Shown in pieces: positions 57,272-64,000 of a stretch of 64,000 nt of DNA. The notes beneath the pieces are model-generated. The model saw nothing but the letters and a program-made list of their open reading frames with translations, ran no database searches and had not been told where the DNA came from. This stretch comes from an uncultured Actinomycetota bacterium (GTDB lineage Bacteria > Actinomycetota > Actinomycetes > Actinomycetales > CAWJMD01), in NCBI GenBank assembly GCA_963843835.1, contig CAWJMD010000001.1, forward strand, positions 938,295 through 1,002,294, read 5' to 3'. Within the stretch, counting starts at the first letter, position 1; each line of letters opens with the position of its first letter. The position numbers and the translations under genes are program-made.

Positions 57272-58201
57272 ATGCCTCAAGCCGTGCGATTCGATCACTA
57301 CGGACCGGTGGAAGTGCTGGAGGTTGTCGAGGTCGAGAAGCCGGCACCCGACCCCGGTCAAGTCATCGTCGAGGTGGTCGCGACGTCGATCAACCCGGGC
57401 GAGATCGCGATCCGTGAGGGCGAGAAGCACGACGTGGCACCGGCCAGCTTTCCGTCCGGTCAGGGCAGCGACCTTGCCGGGCGCGTCGTCGAGGTCGGCG
57501 TCGAGGTCGGCGAGTGGAACGTCGGAGACGAGGTGCTCGGCTGGACGGATGAGCGGGCCGCGCAGTCCGAGTTCGTCGCTGTGCCCGCCGACCAGCTCAT
57601 CGCGCGGCCATCGTCCGTGCCGTGGGATCAAGCATGTTCGCTGTACGTCGCAGGCGGCACCGCCCGCGGCATGGTCGACACCGTGCCCACCGGGTCCGGC
57701 GAAACCGCCGTCGTGTTCGCAGCAGCCGGTGGCGTCGGCTCGTTCCTGACCCAGCTCCTCGTCCGGAACGGCGTGCGGGTGCTCGCCGTCGCCGGGCCAT
57801 CGAACGACGAGTGGCTGCGGACGGTAGGCGCCGAACCCGTGCACCATGGAGAAGGTCTGGGGCAACGGCTTCGCGATGCCGCGCCCGATGGCATCGATGC
57901 CGCCTACGACGCCTTCGGCGACGGGTACGTCGAACTCGCCATCACGATGGGCATTGATGCCGACCGGGTCATCACGATCATCGACTTCGAAGCCGCCGAG
58001 CGATTCAGGGCCAAGACCGTGTTCGGCTACCAGGTCACGTCCGCCGGCGTACTCACCGAGCTCGTCGAACTGATCCAGGCCGGTGACCTGACCGTCCCGA
58101 TCGCAGCAAGCTTCCCTCTGACACAGGTGCGCGAGGCGTACACGCAGCTCGCTGAGCGGCACACGCGCGGCAAGGTCGTCCTCCTGGTCTCGGGGGGCTG
58201 A
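57272..58201 (+). CDS. NADP-dependent oxidoreductase (MDR / quinone oxidoreductase-like)
   Basis: AVRFDHYG..EVL, SINPGE, GSDLAG, AAAGGVG, HTRGKVVL. Confidence 0.9.
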   Translation: MPQAVRFDHYGPVEVLEVVEVEKPAPDPGQVIVEVVATSINPGEIAIREGEKHDVAPASFPSGQGSDLAGRVVEVGVEVGEWNVGDEVLGWTDERAAQSEFVAVPADQLIARPSSVPWDQACSLYVAGGTARGMVDTVPTGSGETAVVFAAAGGVGSFLTQLLVRNGVRVLAVAGPSNDEWLRTVGAEPVHHGEGLGQRLRDAAPDGIDAAYDAFGDGYVELAITMGIDADRVITIIDFEAAERFRAKTVFGYQVTSAGVLTELVELIQAGDLTVPIAASFPLTQVREAYTQLAERHTRGKVVLLVSGG

Positions 58202-58306
58202 CCGCGGCAGTCCGAGCGCCGGCATCGCCCAGCCTTGCGGTCCCGCAACACCACCGCAGCGCGCCAAACCCGGCCACCTCGGCGAGCGCGCCGGACAATG
58301 GCGATC

Positions 58307-59014
58307 ATGGTGTGTGAGTTGACTTCCCTGATCTTCAGCTCACCCGGCCCGGAGCGTCTCGCCGGGTTCTGGGGTGGGCTGCTCGGCCAGGAGGTCACGA
58401 TCGATCGGCGCGCACCGTCGCTGTCGGCGACGACCGAGGTCGGGTTCAGTCTGCGATTCGTTCCCGGTGCCGGTGGGAAGTGGGGTCGCAACCAGATGCA
58501 CCCCGACCTGAAACCGACCTCCATCCACGAGCAGGCGTCCGCGGTCCACCGAGCGCTCGAGTTGGGCGCACGGCACTTGGATGTCGGCCAGGGACCCGAC
58601 GCCGAACCCGTCGTCCTCGCCGATCCCGACGGTAACGAGCTGTGCGTCCTTGAGCCTGGAGGTCGCTTCCTCGCTGGCTGCCCCTTCTTCAGCTCGTTGG
58701 CCGGTGAAGGTCTCGCAGAGGTCGGCTACTTCTGGCGCGATGCGCTGGCCTGGAGTCTTGTCTGGGACCAGGACGGTGAGACCGCGGTCCAGGCACCCAC
58801 CGGGGGCCCCAAGATCACCTGGGGTGGCGAGCCGGTGGCTCCCAAACTCGGCAGGAATCGGCTCCATCTCGACCTCACGCCCTCCGCCCCATCGACGATC
58901 GACGCCGAAGTCGAGCGCCTGTTGGCACTCGGGGCTACTCGCGTCGACGGCGGCTGCGCGGACGGCGTAGGCATGGCTGACCCCGGAGGCGACGAGTTCT
59001 GCGTGGTGGGGTGA
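58307..59014 (+). CDS. VOC/glyoxalase family protein, two domains
   Basis: LAGFW..LLG, NQMHPDL, LADPDGNELCV; second half NRLHLDL, MADPGGDEFCV. Confidence 0.85.
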   Translation: MVCELTSLIFSSPGPERLAGFWGGLLGQEVTIDRRAPSLSATTEVGFSLRFVPGAGGKWGRNQMHPDLKPTSIHEQASAVHRALELGARHLDVGQGPDAEPVVLADPDGNELCVLEPGGRFLAGCPFFSSLAGEGLAEVGYFWRDALAWSLVWDQDGETAVQAPTGGPKITWGGEPVAPKLGRNRLHLDLTPSAPSTIDAEVERLLALGATRVDGGCADGVGMADPGGDEFCVVG

Positions 59015-59116
59015 CGGTCCCATGACGTGCCAGTGTTCAACGGTTCCTCTTGCGGGGCAGTTCCGCGGTTCAGTTCTCGAGGCCCGGCTACGGTGACTCT
59101 TCCATGCGGGTACGGA

Positions 59117-59314
59117 CTAGTCCGCCGGGCGCCAAGAGCCCCCTTCATTCTTCCAGCGAGCTATGTGCTTGTCAGGGACCGAACCGTCGTCCTTCAACTC
59201 CCGGTCAGGCGTCTGGTGAGGTGGCCGCTCGTCCTTGTCGGCGTCGGTCTCGGTCTGGGGGCGCTGGCTCGTGCCGGCTTCCTCAGCAGGTGAGGGTTCC
59301 ATCGTGGCCTCCAT
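59117..59314 (-). CDS. Small hypothetical protein
   Basis: 65 aa ending RWKNEGGS. Confidence 0.45.
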   Translation of the reverse strand: MEATMEPSPAEEAGTSQRPQTETDADKDERPPHQTPDRELKDDGSVPDKHIARWKNEGGSWRPAD

Positions 59315-59461
59315 GGTGGCCGGAGAGCACCATCATGCCCAGCGACCGTGACCTCCGCCAGGCACTCGGACCCGGCAAGCGGGGCGCTGCTGCCGGCCAA
59401 CCGATGGGAACCGGGGGCGGGCAAGCTCTCGAAGCCGACCCCCTCGTCGACAGGGTGCCAA

Positions 59462-59815
59462 CTAGCGTGGATGGCTCAAGACGTTGATCACGTGCCCATC
59501 CGGATCGCGTACGAAGAAGCGGCGGACTCCCCACGGCTCGTCCGTCAGCGGGTGAATGATCTCCGCGCCCCTGTTGACGGCTGCGGCGTGACAGGCGTCC
59601 ACGTCGTCAACGTGGATCGAGGCATCGGGACTCACCGGCGCGGTCTCGTCATGCGTCATGAGGCTGATCTGCGCACCCGACCCTTCCGGATCGGCCAGAG
59701 TGACGATCCAGCCGTGGTCCATCACGACAGTCAGTCCGAGCACATCGCCGTAGAACTCCGTGGCGGCCTCGAGCGATCGGCTGGAAAGGTCAGGAACCAC
59801 TCTGTGAACACCCAT
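59462..59815 (-). CDS. VOC/glyoxalase family protein
   Basis: FYGDVLGL..VMDHGWI, SIHVDDVD, DEPWGVRRFFVRDPDG. Confidence 0.9.
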   Translation of the reverse strand: MGVHRVVPDLSSRSLEAATEFYGDVLGLTVVMDHGWIVTLADPEGSGAQISLMTHDETAPVSPDASIHVDDVDACHAAAVNRGAEIIHPLTDEPWGVRRFFVRDPDGHVINVLSHPR

Positions 59816-60057
59816 GGTCACGATCTTCTCGCACTGGTCGCTCGGTCAGCGACGTGGCCACGACCCTCGAGTACGACCCGCGTCAGCTGCGATCGGTCAG
59901 CGGTCAAGCCGGCGGTGCGCGGAGGTCGCAGGGCGGACAGGCGATCAGCATCTGGGAGTGCGCCATGCGGGCTGACTTTCAGACCGTTGACGGTCGAACG
60001 AGGCGGGCGTACGCTGCGCTCCTCTCGGGCATCACTCCTAGGGTTTCGGAGGAAGCA

Positions 60058-60513
60058 ATGCCTCGTTCCGGGTCTCCTCATCTGCGGCCCCGGAGGCTGC
60101 TCACCGCGATCGTCTCGGTCGTTGTTCTCCTCGCCCTTGGGCCAGTTGCCCCTGCGCAGGCGGGAACCCCGCCCACCTTCAGCGGCTGCACCAATATTGA
60201 CAATGGTCGGCCCGATCTGGCATTCAACTCGAACGGCACCAGGTACATCTACGCCACGCTCAAGTACCGGTGTAGCACCGGCAAAGAATATGAATTCCTG
60301 GGGACGCTGTACCAGAACCCCGATGGGCAGGGCGGAACCTACGTCGACAGCATCTACAAGTACGGTATCGCCACCGCGCCCTACGTGACTGGGGACTTCG
60401 GCTACTGCAAGAACAAGACATCGTCGAAGTTCTTCATCTACTACAGCGTCCAGATCCTGTCCGCTGAGAAGAGCTTCTATACTCCCCAGTACACGATTGC
60501 ATGTCACTATTGA
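60058..60513 (+). CDS. Secreted Tyr-rich protein with four Cys
   Basis: GGAGG RBS; signal peptide ending PAQA; mature region about 115 aa. Confidence 0.7.
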   Translation: MPRSGSPHLRPRRLLTAIVSVVVLLALGPVAPAQAGTPPTFSGCTNIDNGRPDLAFNSNGTRYIYATLKYRCSTGKEYEFLGTLYQNPDGQGGTYVDSIYKYGIATAPYVTGDFGYCKNKTSSKFFIYYSVQILSAEKSFYTPQYTIACHY

Positions 60514-60550
60514 GTTTGGCGCGCAATTGAGTTTTGGCAGGCTACGCACT

Positions 60551-60727
60551 GCTACTCGGCGTCGAGGTTCCGGACCGACAGCAGGGTGGCGCCGAGGTCA
60601 CGCACCTTGGCGAGGAGGCCGTGCAGCTCGGCCTGGTCGGCCACAGGACCACGCAGGGTGGTAGCGCCGTCGTCGTCGTGGGTGAGGGTCAGGCCGCCGA
60701 ACCAGGTGGACCAGTGGGCGTCGAGGT
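60551..60727 (-). repeat. Direct repeat copy 1 (truncated copy of the small gene at 63475-63708)
   Basis: 177 bp matching 63474-63650 with 4 mismatches by manual comparison. Confidence 0.9.
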
Positions 60728-62191
60728 CGCCGTGGACGCGGAGCTGGTAGTCCGAGCGAAGATGGTGCCGCACCGGTGCCGCGGTAGCAGCAGGCTGAGC
60801 GCGGCGATGCACAGGCCGAGCCCCGCCGCCACGAGGAAGACTCGGTCATAGCCCGCGGCGAGGGTGGCAGGGGAATCCCCACCGCCCTGCGTCGTGGTGG
60901 TTGCGGCGGCGATCGTCGCCAGCACCGCCAGGCCCGTTGAGCCGCCAACCTGAGTGGCTGTGTTGGCCACGCCGCCAATGGTTCCAGCAACATCCGCGGG
61001 AACGTCGGCGGTCGTTGCGGCCATGAGGGTCGGGAAGATCAACCCGATGCCGACCGCGATGAGCAGCGTCGGTCCGACCACGCTGGTCAGGTAGCTGCTG
61101 TCGGCGTCGGCCTGTGCGAGCCAACCGAAACCGGCCAGGAGACTGCTGCTGCCGGCCAGTAGCAGCGGCCGCACACCGGTTCGTGGCAATAGCGCGGCGG
61201 CCGACCGCGCGACGATCAGGAACATCAGTGCCGCCGGTGTCTGCCCGAGCCCGGCACCAAGGGCGCTGTAGCCGAGTGCGTTCTGCAGGAGGAGCGACGT
61301 GAAGTACCACATCGCGATGGCGTTCGCGCCGAGGATCAACAGCATGAGGTTGCCGACCGCAACGGTCCGAACTCTGAACAGCGGAAGGGGCATCATCGGC
61401 TGGGTGGCGAAAGCGCGCCTCCACCACGGTGAAGACGCCGAGCAGGAGGAGACCCGCCGAAGGCCGGTCCGGCGACCTGCTAGGGACGTCCAGCCATGAT
61501 CGGCGCTTTGCATGACCCCGTAGACCAGCGCGGCCAGCCCGGCGGTGCCGTGGCCGCACCGGTCAGGTCGAGCGACTCTCGTCGGTCGGGGCGTGCGCCG
61601 CTCAACGACATCATCGCCACGGCGATGAGGATCGCGCCGATCGGCACGTTGATCAGGAACACCCACCGCCACGACAGCCCGGTGGTCAGGACCCCGCCCG
61701 CGATGGCGCCAGCCATCCCGCCCACGCCGCCCGCTGCAGACCAAGCACCGAACGCCCGGGCACGCTCGTGCTCGCCGGTGAAATGGGTATTGATCACGGC
61801 CAGCGTCGCCGGGGCCATCATGGCGGCTCCCATTCCCTGCGCGACCGCGCGCCGCCACCAGCACCTCAGGAGCGGTTGCCAGGCCGTCGACCAGGCTCGA
61901 CGTGGAGAACAGGAGCAACCCGGCGGTGAGGATCCGGCGATGGCCGAACAGGTCAGCGGCGCGGCCACCCAGCAGCATGAGGCCGGCGAAGGTCAGCAGG
62001 TAGCCGTTCACGACCAAGGCGAGTCCCGTGGCAGAGAAGCCGAGGTCCCGGTCGACCGAGGGGAGTGCGACGTTGATGATGGCCGCGTCCAGGATCACCA
62101 TGAACTGGCAAGCACACGCCAGGGAGAGGACCATCCAGTCGGGGCTGCCACGTGTCCCAGGCGGCTGCGTTGCGGTGCTGGTGCTTGTCAT
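60689..62191 (-). pseudogene. DHA2-type MFS transporter with multiple internal frameshifts
   Basis: FMVILDAAIINVALP, LLGGRAADLFG; the QGMGAA...SWRWVFLINVPIG and GLLLLGVFTVVE segments lie in other frames. Confidence 0.8.
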
Positions 62192-62220
62192 GACCTTCCC
62201 TCCTCTCCGTCTCTCCTCTC

Positions 62221-62874
62221 TCACCCGCTCTGTGAGGTTGCGTTGGTCTTGCCCGCGTTGGCGTCTGCGTCGTCGGCCGGTGTGCTGCCTGCCAACAACC
62301 GATGCGTGATCTCGGACAGCCGTCGTCCTTGGTAGCGGGCCGCGTCGAGTGCCGCTGCATCGGCGTTGGTGACCGAGGACGTGCCGTAGGGGTTGCCGCC
62401 TGCGGCCGATACGACAGGGTCGGTGTATCCGGGCGGGACGATCAGCGCCCCCCAGTGGTAGAAGACGTTGGACAGCGACAAGATCGTGGCCTCGTTGCCG
62501 CCGTGCCGGTTGAACGCCGAGGTGAAGGCCGTGACCGGCTTGTCAGCCAGTTTTCCTTCTCGCCAGAGACCCCCGGTCTGGTCGATGAACTGCTTGAGCT
62601 GCGCGGCTGGCGTGCCGAACCGGGTCGGTGTCCCGAACGCGACCGCGTTGGCCCAGGCGAGGTCCTCGAGCGAGGCCTGGGCGATCGATGCGACGTCGTC
62701 GATGTGCTGCCTCCACAGCGGGTTCTGGTCGATCGCGCTGTCTGGTGCCAGCTCGGCGACCCGCCGCAGCCGCACCTCGGCCCCGGCCGAGGCGGCGCCC
62801 TCGGCGACGGCCTGCGCGAGTGCGTGCACCGTGCCCGTCGCGCTGTAGTAGATGATGGCGACCTTCGCGATCAT
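62221..62874 (-). CDS. wrbA: NAD(P)H:quinone oxidoreductase WrbA
   Basis: IIYYSATG, FGTPTRFG, QFIDQTGGLW, HGGNEATI, GGNPYG. Confidence 0.93.
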   Translation of the reverse strand: MIAKVAIIYYSATGTVHALAQAVAEGAASAGAEVRLRRVAELAPDSAIDQNPLWRQHIDDVASIAQASLEDLAWANAVAFGTPTRFGTPAAQLKQFIDQTGGLWREGKLADKPVTAFTSAFNRHGGNEATILSLSNVFYHWGALIVPPGYTDPVVSAAGGNPYGTSSVTNADAAALDAARYQGRRLSEITHRLLAGSTPADDADANAGKTNATSQSG

Positions 62875-62893
62875 GTTCGTCCCTCGATCCGGT

Positions 62894-62935
62894 AGAGTTA
62901 GTTACGCGCATAACATTATGCACGTAACTAACTCT
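62894..62935. promoter_or_regulatory. 42-bp palindrome (putative MarR operator pair)
   Basis: AGAGTTAGTTACGCGCATAA-CA-TTATGCACGTAACTAACTCT, 1 mismatch in the 20-bp arms. Confidence 0.75.
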
Positions 62936-62949
62936 GTCAAGGAGGACCT

Positions 62950-63414
62950 GTGGACTTCGATCGCGCCGACGCCATCAACCAGGCGATCCGCCTGCTGAGC
63001 CTTCGCCACCGCGCTAGGGCCGCATCGTTACTGGCCCCACTCGGCTTGCACCCCGGCCAAGAGGCGCTCTTGCTGGAACTGGCGCGAACTGGCCCGAGGA
63101 TCCAGGCGCAACTCAGCGAGGCGCTCGGCTGTGAGCCCCCCAGTGTCACGCTCATGACCCGCAAGCTCGAGGCTTCCGGCCACATCCGCCGCAGGCCCGC
63201 CCCCTCCGACAAGCGCGCAACCATCGTCGAACTCACCGACAGCGGGAAGGTGCTCGTCGACCATGTGAAGCAGCTGTGGTGCGCGCTGGCGGACGAAACC
63301 GTGACCGGCCTGTCCCGCGAGACCGTGGCAGCACTACCCGACATCCTCGGAACCATGACCGGCAACGTGGACACGAGGCGCCCGCGACACCCACACGGCC
63401 GGGACGTCGGGTGA
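62950..63414 (+). CDS. MarR-family regulator
   Basis: GLHPGQE.LL, VT.MTRKLEASG.IRR.....DKRA..VELTDSG; AAGGAGG RBS. Confidence 0.92.
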   Translation: MDFDRADAINQAIRLLSLRHRARAASLLAPLGLHPGQEALLLELARTGPRIQAQLSEALGCEPPSVTLMTRKLEASGHIRRRPAPSDKRATIVELTDSGKVLVDHVKQLWCALADETVTGLSRETVAALPDILGTMTGNVDTRRPRHPHGRDVG

Positions 63415-63474
63415 GGGCGGCGCGCCGAGGTGCGTAGCGCGAAACGTCGTGGGTCCCTCGGGAGGGGGTGACCG

Positions 63475-63708
63475 CTACTCGGCGTCGAGGGACCGGACCG
63501 ACAGCAGGGTGGCGCCGAGGTCACGCACCTTGGCGAGGAGGCCGTGCAGCTCGGCCTGGTCGGCCACAGGACCACGCAGGGTGGTAGCGCCGTCGTCCTC
63601 GTGGGTGAGGGTCAGGCCGCCGAACCAGGTGGACCAGTGTGCGTCGAGGTGTCCGGCGAGACGGAACTCGTAGTTGCCGAACGGATGTGCGGTCGGGTGG
63701 GTGTTCAC
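63475..63708 (-). CDS. Small conserved hypothetical protein (contains repeat copy 2)
   Basis: YEFRLAGHLDAHWSTWFGGL...DQAELHGLLAKVRDLGATLLSV; GTGA-coupled to the upstream gene. Confidence 0.8.
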   Translation of the reverse strand: MNTHPTAHPFGNYEFRLAGHLDAHWSTWFGGLTLTHEDDGATTLRGPVADQAELHGLLAKVRDLGATLLSVRSLDAE

Positions 63709-63998
63709 CGCGAACCGGCCAGGGCCGAGCGCGCCCGGGTGCGGACGACGCGGACTCCTTGCACGGACGGGCGGCGGATGAGCCACTCAGCGACCGCGAG
63801 GTTGATGACCCAGCCGGCTCCCATCATGAGGTCGTGGCGGACGACGCCGGTACCGAAGGCGGCCTCGCCGAACCCGACGGTGAACGCCTGGGTGCCGGCG
63901 CCGAGTGCGACGGCGTACGCACGGGTCATCCAGGCGCGGTGACGGGCGATATCCCCGCGCCGTACGGCGGCGACCCCGAGGATCAGGCAGGTGGCGAG
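63705..63998 (-). CDS. DUF2306-like membrane protein, 5' end beyond window
   Basis: GVAAVRRGDIARHRAWMTRAYAVALGAGTQ, GWVINLAVAEW. Confidence 0.8.
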   Translation of the reverse strand, partial: LATCLILGVAAVRRGDIARHRAWMTRAYAVALGAGTQAFTVGFGEAAFGTGVVRHDLMMGAGWVINLAVAEWLIRRPSVQGVRVVRTRARSALAGSR

Positions 63999-64000
63999 CC

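Noticed and set aside
1-64000. CRISPR arrays, rRNA, IS transposases, integrases, riboswitches
   Set aside because: None recognised by eye; a covariance-model search would be needed to exclude small ncRNAs.

Overview
High-GC actinobacterial chromosome segment, with gene order and content typical of Micrococcales/Actinomycetia. It is densely coding; most long ORFs in the supplied track are shadow frames. The core content includes a DEAD/DEAH helicase (partial), ppk2, a tad/Flp pilus operon, monomeric icd, modABC, the conserved ABC1 kinase / ThiF-like / zincin / PDZ-Lon / UPF0182 block and tRNA-fMet. Accessory patches lie at ~14.3-17.1 kb, 24.3-29.6 kb and downstream of the tRNA (56.5-64 kb). 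The best candidate for an undescribed system is at 24345-29642. There an NLR-like caspase(C14)-STAND NTPase-WD40 gene lies head-to-head with an LCAT/PGAP1-like lipase gene. They are only 24 bp apart and share a perfectly symmetric palindromic -10 element positioned for leaderless transcription of both. I interpret this as a possible protease-activated membrane-lytic immunity or cell-death module. Other notable features are two gene-end duplications bracketing inserted cassettes, a probable CTG start for a pseudopilin, an Ltp superinfection-exclusion-like relic beside the tRNA, and several clear operator palindromes. Single-base frameshifts (UPF0182, an MFS gene and others) may be assembly errors. 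All family calls come from motif recognition by eye; no database searches were run.
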